This document shows, one piece after another, positions 30,368-38,937 of a DNA stretch of 41,660 nt. Both the position numbers and the translations under genes were made by a program. Numbering within the stretch: position 1 is the stretch's first letter; each line of letters begins with the position of its first letter. A model generated the notes under the pieces. That model worked only from the letters and a program-made list of their open reading frames with translations. It ran no database searches and was not told the DNA's origin. This DNA comes from an uncultured Candidatus Saccharibacteria bacterium (GTDB taxonomy: Bacteria; Patescibacteriota; WWE3; UBA101185; UBA10185). Where the stretch lies: contig CAZLZI010000001.1 in NCBI GenBank assembly GCA_964563965.1, positions 1 through 41,660 of the forward strand, in the 5' to 3' direction.

Positions 30368-32137
30368 ATGCTCAAATTTAAATCAGAAACTCTAAAAAAA
30401 GATCTGATAGCAGGTCTCACTGTAGCTCTTATCTTAATACCACAATCTCTAGCCTATGCTAGACTTGCAGGACTACCCGCATATGTGGGTTTGTATGCCG
30501 CCATCTTACCCCCACTAGTTGCTACACTCTTTGGCTCAATTCCTCAACTATCCACAGGACCTGTTGCCGTCTTATCTTTGATGACTTTTACGGCAGTGTC
30601 TCCTCTAGCAACCGCTGGCAGTGATGCGTATCTAGCATACACAATTACCTTAACTTTGATGCTTGGCATTACGATGATTGTCTTGGGGCTACTTAGATTA
30701 GGTAATATGATAAGCTTTCTTTCACATCCTGTAATATATGGCTTTACAAATGCCACTGCACTCATAATTATTGCAACTCAATTACCAGCATTCTTTGGTC
30801 TCCCTGCAGCAGAGCAAGGTAACCTACTAACTAAGTTATATAGTCTATTTTTAAACTCGTCTGCTCTGATTGATAGTCAAACAGTGCTATTAAGCTTAGT
30901 AGCACTATGCGGAATGTTACTTTTGAAAAAACATAATAATAGACTGCCTAATCTGTTAATTGTGCTATCATTAAGCACTGTATTCGTAGGTCTAACCCAC
31001 TATCCAGTTGACGTGATAGGCACAATCCCCGCAGGACTACCAAAGATCACCTTGCCAAACATTTCATATGAGACGCTCATAACTTTCATTCGACCTGTAT
31101 TAATAATGGCACTTATTGGTTTTACAGAATCAGCCTCGATCGCACAAGCTATTGCTATCAAAACAAAAGAGAGATTTGATTCAAACAAAGAACTGGTCGG
31201 CCAAGGACTTGCAAATCTTACAGGCGCCTTTAATCAAAGCTACCCAGTATCAGGTTCTTTTTCACGCTCTGCTATCAGCTACTTTGCAGGTACCCAAACA
31301 AAACTTTCTGGGGTTGTTACAGCACTTACAGTTATCGCTACGATACTTTTCCTATCTCCTTTTTTATACTCTATCCCAGTAAGTGTACTTTCAGTAATAA
31401 TAATTGTCTCAATACTTAATCTTATAGATTTAAAGAAGATAGTCTCCTTATGGAAAATGAATCGATTTGATGCCCTTACAGCAATAGGTACATTTGGTTT
31501 TACATTAATATTTGCTCCGAAACTGGAGTACGGTGTCTTCATCGGTATATTTCTGTCAATTGCATATTTCTTTTATAAAAACACACATCCCAGAGTTGCT
31601 TTTCTATCCATGTATAAAGATCAGAGTCTGCATGATGCCAAAACTTATCATCTTGATGTCTGCACCAACATAGCTGTAGTAAGGTTAGATGCCCCGCTCT
31701 TCTTTGCAAACACTGTCTATTTCGAAGAAGAGGTAATTAAATATCTTGCTCAGCATAAGACGGTCACAAATATATTGTTTGTCGCAACCGGCATAAATGA
31801 AATCGACCTTACAGGACTTAAAATACTTGAAGAACTCATCAGATCTCTTAAAGCTGCAGATAAAGAAATCTACTTCTCATCTCTTAGAGAACCCGTTCGT
31901 GCAAAACTTGAAAGATCTGGCATTATTTCTACCATCGGTCTTGATCACATCTTTCCAACAACAAAAATAGCGGTGAGTTCTATTATAAAATATCTAAATA
32001 AAAAGCATGAACATCTAGATACTAAACATTGCCCATTAAAGAAATACACTCTAACTGAAGTGGAGGATCTAAAGCTACACAAGACGCTTTTGCAAACTAC
32101 TGCCTATTACTACAACAGATTGTTTACTAACCAGTGA
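30368..32137 (+). CDS. SulP-family anion (sulfate/bicarbonate) transporter with a C-terminal STAS domain
   Basis: 589 aa. N-terminal LIAGLTVALILIPQSLAYARLAGLP signature, a polytopic core and a STAS-like tail. Confidence 0.9.
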   Translation: MLKFKSETLKKDLIAGLTVALILIPQSLAYARLAGLPAYVGLYAAILPPLVATLFGSIPQLSTGPVAVLSLMTFTAVSPLATAGSDAYLAYTITLTLMLGITMIVLGLLRLGNMISFLSHPVIYGFTNATALIIIATQLPAFFGLPAAEQGNLLTKLYSLFLNSSALIDSQTVLLSLVALCGMLLLKKHNNRLPNLLIVLSLSTVFVGLTHYPVDVIGTIPAGLPKITLPNISYETLITFIRPVLIMALIGFTESASIAQAIAIKTKERFDSNKELVGQGLANLTGAFNQSYPVSGSFSRSAISYFAGTQTKLSGVVTALTVIATILFLSPFLYSIPVSVLSVIIIVSILNLIDLKKIVSLWKMNRFDALTAIGTFGFTLIFAPKLEYGVFIGIFLSIAYFFYKNTHPRVAFLSMYKDQSLHDAKTYHLDVCTNIAVVRLDAPLFFANTVYFEEEVIKYLAQHKTVTNILFVATGINEIDLTGLKILEELIRSLKAADKEIYFSSLREPVRAKLERSGIISTIGLDHIFPTTKIAVSSIIKYLNKKHEHLDTKHCPLKKYTLTEVEDLKLHKTLLQTTAYYYNRLFTNQ

Positions 32138-32215
32138 TTGACAAACACTATCTCAGTACTCTACCATTTATTTTTAGGGAATATGTCCTTAAAACAAATA
32201 CAAAATTCAATAATT

Positions 32216-32241
32216 GGACCTGGTATAGGGTCCTTTTTTTT
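32216..32241 (+). terminator. rho-independent terminator 1 after sulP
   Basis: GGACC, 8 nt, GGTCC, followed by T8. Confidence 0.6.
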
Positions 32242-32283
32242 CAGACAAACCACACGGCCATCTAGGCCGTTTTTTTTTGTCTG
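32242..32283 (+). terminator. rho-independent terminator 2 (long hairpin)
   Basis: Inner stem ACGGCC atcta GGCCGT followed by a T9 run. Outer arms CAGACAAA / TTTGTCTG. Confidence 0.65.
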
Positions 32284-32297
32284 ATGGAAGGAATACA

Positions 32298-33422
32298 ATG
32301 CAACATTTCAAAAATTTAATTCAGCTCTCGTCCTCTCTGCATTATAGTGCTATGAATCACTATAAACACATGGGCTTTCAATATATGGATGTACCCGCAA
32401 TTGTGGGCATTACAGGCTCCTGTGAAAACGTTGATACATTGTTTAAAGTAAAAAGTAGAATAGATGCACCCTTATACTTTACCCAAACAGGTCAACTAGC
32501 CCTTGAACAAGCGCTGCAATATTCACCCGGTGTCTATACCATTATTCATAGCGGAAGAGATGAAGAAATTGAAGATGCGCGGCACTTAAGACAATTTAGG
32601 CTTATTGAAGAAGAATTTGATTGTTCTTTGCTTAACATGGTAAGAGAAAAGTATGATGAAGAACTTATGTATGAAGAACTCTTAAAACATATTGAAGAAG
32701 CAACTAAAGCCATGGTTGCTGGTGTACTTACGGAGCATGAAGAAACTCTCAATACGTTTTATCACAGAAATACAGTGAATTTGAAAAACATCTTAGCTAG
32801 ACCGTATTTAAGAATTTCTTATGAGGCAGCTGTTGAGCTGCTTAAGGTAAATGGATTTGAACAGCTTACCTTTGGAGATGACTTAGAAGCACTACATGAA
32901 GCAAAGATTGTAGAGTTGGTAAATATCTCAAACAATTATGGGACACAATTAGCTGAATTTTCCCCCGTTCTAATAATGAGATATCCGAAAGAAATAAAGT
33001 TCTTTAATATGAAAGTGTCCGATAAAGACCCTCGAGTCGTCTTATCCGCAGATTGTGTTTTCCCGTATTCTGGTGAGGCTGTTGGCTCAGCAGTTCGAGA
33101 ACACGATGGCATTAAGCTACTTGTTAGACTTCTAACATCTAGTATGTTTAGGATCCTGCAGGATAATGGAGGAAGATACGAAGACTTTAAATGGTATGTT
33201 GAAGATATGATCATCGCACAAAAAACACAACCACATGCTGGATACGGAATAGGAAGTGAAAGAGTTTTGCAATTTATTCTTGGCTCATCTGATATAAGAC
33301 AGTGTTCTATAATGTCGCTTATGGCTACACAAACAAGAGATTGGTTGCCTTTGGCTGAAAAACAAAAAAGTGAAGCAAGAACAGAAGTGGTGTCCGAAGT
33401 ACCAATTGAAGTTCAAAACTAA
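32298..33422 (+). CDS. class II aaRS catalytic-core paralog lacking an anticodon-binding domain (AsnRS-like / archaeal-type asparagine synthetase A-like)
   Basis: Motif-2-like GRDEEIEDARHLRQFRLIEEEF and motif-3-like GYGIGSERVLQFILG. There is no N-terminal OB domain. ATG 32298 is preceded by GGAAGGA. Confidence 0.55.
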   Translation: MQHFKNLIQLSSSLHYSAMNHYKHMGFQYMDVPAIVGITGSCENVDTLFKVKSRIDAPLYFTQTGQLALEQALQYSPGVYTIIHSGRDEEIEDARHLRQFRLIEEEFDCSLLNMVREKYDEELMYEELLKHIEEATKAMVAGVLTEHEETLNTFYHRNTVNLKNILARPYLRISYEAAVELLKVNGFEQLTFGDDLEALHEAKIVELVNISNNYGTQLAEFSPVLIMRYPKEIKFFNMKVSDKDPRVVLSADCVFPYSGEAVGSAVREHDGIKLLVRLLTSSMFRILQDNGGRYEDFKWYVEDMIIAQKTQPHAGYGIGSERVLQFILGSSDIRQCSIMSLMATQTRDWLPLAEKQKSEARTEVVSEVPIEVQN

Positions 33423-33467
33423 AAAAACCTAAACTTAGCTGGATATTATTGGTATAATCAGGCAGAC

Positions 33468-34154
33468 GTGTTTAAACTGCCCAAGAAACAAGAGAATATA
33501 AACCTTGAAACTGAATTGTTACCTACAGTTCATAGTCCATTCGAGAAATATTTAATACCAGTAGCTGTCATACTTGCAACTCTTGTTGTTACTGTGCTGG
33601 TAGTTGTTGTACTTTACTATCTAAAACAACCAAAGCCGGTTTCAGACCAACCTCAAACACCCAGCGAAGAACAGATTAATGTAAGTCCGTTTGCTCCTAA
33701 AGATGAAGGCGTAAAACCAGATGAACAAACTGAAGAACTACTTGATAATACGATAGCTCTTGCCACAGGGGTTAAAGTTAACCTTGATACTGACTGGCAT
33801 ACACTAGCTACAGAAGACACACCAACCCATAGCATGGTAAGTTTTATAGTCGCAAGTGATACCGAAGAATCAACTGATGCAACCTTAGTCCAAGGGGAGA
33901 TCGAAAGTTATACTCCAGAACATGTTTTTGAAGATGTCATGCAAACTCTGGCAAAATCTAAAGAAGAGTTTTCTACCCAAACCATAGGCAGTTATAACGT
34001 ACTTATTAGAAATGTCTATTTACTTACAGGCAATGCCGTAGTGGGTGAATGGAAAGAAAACAATAAAGTACTATTAATAAGGGTATTTGCATCCTCAATG
34101 GAGGAAGCGACCAGTATCTTTAATCGTGTCGCTCAAACAGTAACGTTTTTATAA
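33468..34154 (+). CDS. hypothetical membrane-anchored protein
   Basis: 228 aa with one TM helix and an acidic linker. TGgTATAAT lies 9 nt before the GTG. Confidence 0.4.
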   Translation: MFKLPKKQENINLETELLPTVHSPFEKYLIPVAVILATLVVTVLVVVVLYYLKQPKPVSDQPQTPSEEQINVSPFAPKDEGVKPDEQTEELLDNTIALATGVKVNLDTDWHTLATEDTPTHSMVSFIVASDTEESTDATLVQGEIESYTPEHVFEDVMQTLAKSKEEFSTQTIGSYNVLIRNVYLLTGNAVVGEWKENNKVLLIRVFASSMEEATSIFNRVAQTVTFL

Positions 34155-34859
34155 TTATTCTACAATTTCTACTTTATCTATAGTTACAGGTGTTATGGGT
34201 TTGTCATTCTCCCCTGTTGCCACAAGTGATATTTTATTAACAACATCCATACCTTCAGTAACTTGACCGAAGTTTGTATGTCTACCATCAAGCCATGGGG
34301 TACTTGCAGTGGTTACTATAAAAAACTGACTGCCGTTAGTATTAGGTCCTGCGTTTGCCATAGCAAGACTACCTTTAACTAACTTCTTGGAGTTAAATTC
34401 ATCGTCAAATTTATACCCAGGACCACCTGTGCCATTACCAGAAGGGTCGCCACCTTGAATCATAAAGTCTTTTATTATGCGATGAAAAGTAAGTCCATCA
34501 TAAAAACCATCTTTTGCAAGAGCGATAAAATTATTTACAGTCTTAGGTGATTCTTTCTCAAAGAGATCAATTGTAATATTACCTAAGGATGTTTGTAGTA
34601 CAACCTTGTAATCAACACCCTCTGTAAGCTGCATATCAAATGATTTAGTATAAGTTTTCGATGGCATAGAAGTATTTCCTTCCTCTGTAGTAGAATTCTT
34701 CTGCGTTGTTTGAGTAGCACGTTTCGAGGCATTGTCTCTACTATCGCTTACTGCAAGAATGTTTTCTTGCGGAGCTCTTCGAGCGTTTAATAAAACAACC
34801 AAAAGTAAAATTGATAAACTAGTTCCTGCAAAAAAGATTAACGGATTTTTCTGTTGCAT
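34155..34859 (-). CDS. cyclophilin-type peptidyl-prolyl isomerase, membrane anchored
   Basis: FHRIIKDFMIQGGDP, GGPGYKFDDEF and LAMANAGPNTNGSQFFI. Confidence 0.9.
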   Translation of the reverse strand: MQQKNPLIFFAGTSLSILLLVVLLNARRAPQENILAVSDSRDNASKRATQTTQKNSTTEEGNTSMPSKTYTKSFDMQLTEGVDYKVVLQTSLGNITIDLFEKESPKTVNNFIALAKDGFYDGLTFHRIIKDFMIQGGDPSGNGTGGPGYKFDDEFNSKKLVKGSLAMANAGPNTNGSQFFIVTTASTPWLDGRHTNFGQVTEGMDVVNKISLVATGENDKPITPVTIDKVEIVE

Positions 34860-34865
34860 GTCGGT

Positions 34866-34871
34866 ATATTA
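34866..34871 (-). promoter_or_regulatory. extended -10 box, leaderless geometry
   Basis: TGtTAATAT on the reverse strand, then 6 nt, then ATG 34859. Confidence 0.5.
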
Positions 34872-34966
34872 ACACCTAACCATAGGGAGATTCAACCTAC
34901 CATGATTCTTGGTGTAACCCTTACACTAAGCTTTTCCCCAAGTTACAACACAAAATTACAGCACCC

Positions 34967-35923
34967 CTAATCAATAATCTCTCCACTAAATGAGATGCCC
35001 GTGTGTGTTGCGAGTATTGCTTTGGCAAGTAAGCCCGCAATTGATATAACTTTTATATTAGGCAGAGCGTTAATATCATCTTTTAAAGGCACCGAGTCGG
35101 TTACAATTAGCTGGTTTAGTAATGCTCTACCAAGTCTCTCCGCGGCAGGAGGTGAGAATATCCCATGTGTCGCAACTACATATACATCTTTTGCCCCTCT
35201 ACTATGTAAGAGCTTTTCAGCATTTGTTACACTACCTGCAGTATCTATAATATCATCCACAATCAGCACAGACTTGCCTGTTACATCCCCAATCATATCA
35301 AGCGCCTTTGAAGTATTTTTCACAGAAGTGTCTCGCTCTTTATAAACAATAGCTAAACCATCTGCATCTAGCCTTCTTGCATAGGCTGTTGCACGAATAG
35401 TTCCGCCTTTATCAGGAGATGCAACAACCAGATTTTTTATTCGTAACTTCTTAATATATGGGATTAAAATGTAACTTGCATAGAGATTATCCCAAGGTCC
35501 TTTGAAGAAACCTTGTTGCTGTTCTGAATGGATATCTAAAGTAATAACTCGTGACACACCAGCATGTTCTAACATAGAGGCAATTAGAGATGCACTAACA
35601 GGAACTCTTGGATCACACTTACGATCTTGTCGGGAATACCCAAAGTAAGGACATATCAAAATTACTTCATTTGCAGAGGCTCTTCGAGCGGCATCGGCAA
35701 TTAGCAGAATTTCCATGATATGCGCATTAACTTCTCCGCATGTGGGTTGAATTATAAAGACATCTTTTCTTCTTACAGAAACGGGTATTTGAACGTTAAT
35801 TTCACCATCGGCAAATTTAGTGCAAGGAAAATAGACTTTTGTTTTTAGTTTTTTCGCTACTTTTACTGAAAGCTCTGAATTTGCAGAACCAGACAATAAC
35901 ACGTAACCATTAGTTCTTGGCAT
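34967..35923 (-). CDS. prs: ribose-phosphate pyrophosphokinase
   Basis: 318 aa with the PRPP-binding loop VLIVDDIIDTAGS plus SPDKGG. Confidence 0.92.
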   Translation of the reverse strand: MPRTNGYVLLSGSANSELSVKVAKKLKTKVYFPCTKFADGEINVQIPVSVRRKDVFIIQPTCGEVNAHIMEILLIADAARRASANEVILICPYFGYSRQDRKCDPRVPVSASLIASMLEHAGVSRVITLDIHSEQQQGFFKGPWDNLYASYILIPYIKKLRIKNLVVASPDKGGTIRATAYARRLDADGLAIVYKERDTSVKNTSKALDMIGDVTGKSVLIVDDIIDTAGSVTNAEKLLHSRGAKDVYVVATHGIFSPPAAERLGRALLNQLIVTDSVPLKDDINALPNIKVISIAGLLAKAILATHTGISFSGEIID

Positions 35924-35987
35924 TTAAATTAGGGCAGCACTTTAATCTAGTAGAATAAAAAGATCCTAGACCTCAAAAAATGCAATG

Positions 35988-36659
35988 TCAATAATAGTTT
36001 CTAATAAGAGACATGTCTTTATCATGAATAGCCAAGTAGCTAGCAAAATTCTTATCAATAAACCCTGTATTTATGTATAAAGACTCTATATCGAAATAGA
36101 TAGCATGGGTATGACCCATGACCAAGATACAATTCTTTTTCTTATTCTTTTTGATATAGCCATAGTTCATCGCCTTGTTAGTAAGTCTAATCCCTTTTTT
36201 GCCGGAGTACATTAAAGCAAGCTGCAAATACTTCAAAGGAAAGTTTACAAGTACAGTAATATATTTTAAAAACTTCGGAGATTTCCTAAACAGTTTGTAT
36301 GACAATACTGAAAGCAATGACATGTTTTGCCCATGCTCAATATGTAACATAGTTCCATCAGGTAGTCTTAAGTTATAATAGTGACAGGAGATGTCACAGA
36401 ATTCTCTTACTCGCTCATCTGTCTTATCAGCTGGGTCATGGTTCCCATGAATATATATAGCTTTTTTAGCTTTTAAAGTTGGAAACAATCGAGCCCAAGG
36501 AGATGTCATAAAGGCGTCAAAGCTAATCTTTTTTTCATCCCAAAAATCCCCATTTATGATTATCTGATCAAATTTGGAAAACAGGTCGATTAGGTAGTTA
36601 CACTCCCTTTTACTAAACTTCTTTCCCAAGTGGGTATCACTAAATATAAGCGTTCTCAT
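35988..36659 (-). CDS. metallophosphoesterase (LpxH/YaeI-like)
   Basis: FSDTHLG, NGDFWD, HGNHD and GHTH motifs. Confidence 0.75.
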   Translation of the reverse strand: MRTLIFSDTHLGKKFSKRECNYLIDLFSKFDQIIINGDFWDEKKISFDAFMTSPWARLFPTLKAKKAIYIHGNHDPADKTDERVREFCDISCHYYNLRLPDGTMLHIEHGQNMSLLSVLSYKLFRKSPKFLKYITVLVNFPLKYLQLALMYSGKKGIRLTNKAMNYGYIKKNKKKNCILVMGHTHAIYFDIESLYINTGFIDKNFASYLAIHDKDMSLIRNYY

Positions 36660-36761
36660 GCTGTTTTTCGGTCTTTTGCTACCAATTTAGAACTCACGTC
36701 TTTAATTCTAGCAAATAATCGCCAAGTCTCAAAAAGAGTACCATTGGCCTAGCTTTAGGAC

Positions 36762-36767
36762 TATGAT
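36762..36767 (+). promoter_or_regulatory. -10 box, leaderless geometry
   Basis: TATGAT, then 6 nt, then GTG 36774. Confidence 0.45.
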
Positions 36768-36773
36768 TGTAGC

Positions 36774-37343
36774 GTGATTGAAAAAACCATGAAAACACAA
36801 CTAATAAAAATGTGGGAATACTTAGAGAAGAAAAACATCTCCCTAATAAAAGTGCCTATAATAGTTCCTAATGAAAGAACACTTCAGACTTTTGACTTAT
36901 TACAAAAGATTTACGTCAGAGCACAGAGACTTGACCTAACAATCTGGATCTCAGGTTCATGGGCAGTAATGGGGGCATATCAACACTTTATTAAAGACAC
37001 AACAGATATTGATATTACACTTAAAACCCCAAGAAACGAAAACTCATTAAGTCAAATTCTTTTCTCTCTGGGACTTACATGCCAAGGACCAAGTAAATTC
37101 GGCGCAGTGACCTTTCTTAGTAAAGACGGTATAGAAGTGGATTTTAATAGCATTCAGGATGAGCAGACTCATTTTCACAACATTAAGCTATATGATGACT
37201 TCGGAAAGTTAAACGGGTTTAGGTATAGAATTGTCCCGAGACCAGAGCTTATTAAAGTTTATAAACACTTCCTTCTCGAAAAGCAAAGGCCCACCTACCC
37301 AGATTTAGTCAAAATCAAAGCCTTGATACTGTCTGAGCAGTAA
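36774..37343 (+). CDS. nucleotidyltransferase-fold protein (ANT(2'')/Lnu-like)
   Basis: IWISGSWAVMG...TTDIDITL resembles GGWAxD...DxD of the small aminoglycoside/lincosamide NTases. Confidence 0.45.
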   Translation: MIEKTMKTQLIKMWEYLEKKNISLIKVPIIVPNERTLQTFDLLQKIYVRAQRLDLTIWISGSWAVMGAYQHFIKDTTDIDITLKTPRNENSLSQILFSLGLTCQGPSKFGAVTFLSKDGIEVDFNSIQDEQTHFHNIKLYDDFGKLNGFRYRIVPRPELIKVYKHFLLEKQRPTYPDLVKIKALILSEQ

Positions 37344-37410
37344 GCACTTCATAAAATGAAAGAAATCACCACTTAGAAGTGTATTAACTTTGAAAGGTGG
37401 TGAGACTAAT

Positions 37411-37782
37411 ATGAAAAAAGTAAATAGTACACTTCTAGCACTTGGGGTTTTTATAGCTCTTTCTTCGACACACGCGCTAGCGTACAGAGGAGATCCTAGT
37501 GTAAAAGGTCCAAATTACTCTACAGAGAGACATGCCAAGATGCTTAAGATCATGGATACAACGGTTGATGCAAATACTCTTAAGCTAAATTATGCTGAGT
37601 GGAAAAAGTTGATGGCAAACAAACCAGTGTTACAGAAGATAGACACACTTGAGGATTTTAAGCTGTTTCTGGAAATGCGAAAGCTTAAGCTTCAAGGTAA
37701 AAGTAACGAAGCTGCAAAGCTTAGAGAAAAGCTTGGCTTATCCCTAGGTAGGGGGCATGGTAAAGGCTGTATTAGAAAGTAA
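37411..37782 (+). CDS. small secreted hypothetical protein
   Basis: Signal peptide MKKVNSTLLALGVFIALSSTHALA. SD AAAGGTGGTGA upstream. Confidence 0.4.
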   Translation: MKKVNSTLLALGVFIALSSTHALAYRGDPSVKGPNYSTERHAKMLKIMDTTVDANTLKLNYAEWKKLMANKPVLQKIDTLEDFKLFLEMRKLKLQGKSNEAAKLREKLGLSLGRGHGKGCIRK

Positions 37783-37829
37783 GGATATGAAAGTGTGCCT
37801 TCAAGGGAAGGCACACTTGTATCAAACAA

Positions 37830-38372
37830 ATGACTACTGATGTAAACAAACTAACTGATATAGAACTAGTACTCCTTATCTATAAAAACAAGGATTCCTT
37901 CTCTGAAATAATAAAAAGGTATGAGAAAAAACTGTTAAGGTATGCTAACTACATTACTAATGATTACCGGTTGAGTGAAGATATAGTTCAGAGTGCTTTC
38001 ATAAAAGCGTATACACATCTTAAAGGGTTCAACACCAGTTTAAGTTTCTCAAGCTGGATATATAGAATCACACATAACGAAGCAATAAATGCATTAAAAA
38101 AGAATAGAAAACATAGCAATGTTGATATAGATATACCTAGTAATGCACCATCTAATATTGAAGATTTTTCGCAGGATGAACTCAAGCGCATGCTTGATAA
38201 GTGTCTTAACCACCTACCACTAAAATATAGTGAGGTGCTGACTTTGTTTTTTCTAGAGGAAAAAAGCTATGAAGAAATAAGTGATATTTTACGACTTCCT
38301 ATAGGAACAATTGGAACTAGATTAAGTCGAGGAAAGGCAATTTTAAAACTACAATGTCTGAAACAAAAATAG
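37830..38372 (+). CDS. ECF-type sigma-70 family sigma factor
   Basis: Region 2 WIYRITHNEAIN and region 4 SYEEISDILRLPIGTIGTRLSRGK. Confidence 0.85.
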   Translation: MTTDVNKLTDIELVLLIYKNKDSFSEIIKRYEKKLLRYANYITNDYRLSEDIVQSAFIKAYTHLKGFNTSLSFSSWIYRITHNEAINALKKNRKHSNVDIDIPSNAPSNIEDFSQDELKRMLDKCLNHLPLKYSEVLTLFFLEEKSYEEISDILRLPIGTIGTRLSRGKAILKLQCLKQK

Positions 38373-38869
38373 AATCAAAATCAACTATAGCAGAAAAAGT
38401 GATGGATCAAATACACGCAGGTAAAGTTACTATGCTACCGAAAGCTTACTTTGTTAGTGGTGCTGTGCTTGGGGGACTTGGTGTTATTGCTACTACATTC
38501 TCAATTGTATACCTTATTAATGTAGCCCTGTTTGCTGCAAAACATAATGGGCCAGGATCCAACCTTAGAGTAGAGTACATGATGGCAGCCTTTCCTCTAT
38601 GGATAGTGCCACCAATGCTTATTCTTATACTTATTGGTATCAGTGCAGTCGCTAAGTCCAATATCTTTTATAAGCATAGAAAAGCTCTTCTACTCGGACT
38701 ATTCATATCAATAGTGTTAGGCGTATTTGCTGTAGAATTCCTTGGATTTAGTAAGCTGTGGGAAAAAAGATACCCCTTAAGATTGCGAAAACTCCATAAG
38801 CAAAATATCAGGCAGCAAGAACACAATAGGCAGAAAAAACTTCAAAACAAGTGGAGATTGAACAACTAA
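38354..38869 (+). CDS. putative anti-sigma factor / membrane protein
   Basis: Overlaps the sigma gene by 19 nt and has multiple TM helices. The call rests on position only. Confidence 0.4.
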   Translation: MSETKIESKSTIAEKVMDQIHAGKVTMLPKAYFVSGAVLGGLGVIATTFSIVYLINVALFAAKHNGPGSNLRVEYMMAAFPLWIVPPMLILILIGISAVAKSNIFYKHRKALLLGLFISIVLGVFAVEFLGFSKLWEKRYPLRLRKLHKQNIRQQEHNRQKKLQNKWRLNN

Positions 38870-38925
38870 AGTAACTAGAGCGGTTTAAATCAAGCGGAAC
38901 ACTCAAAATCTAGTCCTATATATGC

Positions 38926-38931
38926 TAAAAT
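38926..38931 (+). promoter_or_regulatory. extended -10 box, leaderless geometry
   Basis: TGcTAAAAT, then 6 nt, then ATG 38938. Confidence 0.5.
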
Positions 38932-38937
38932 CCCTCT

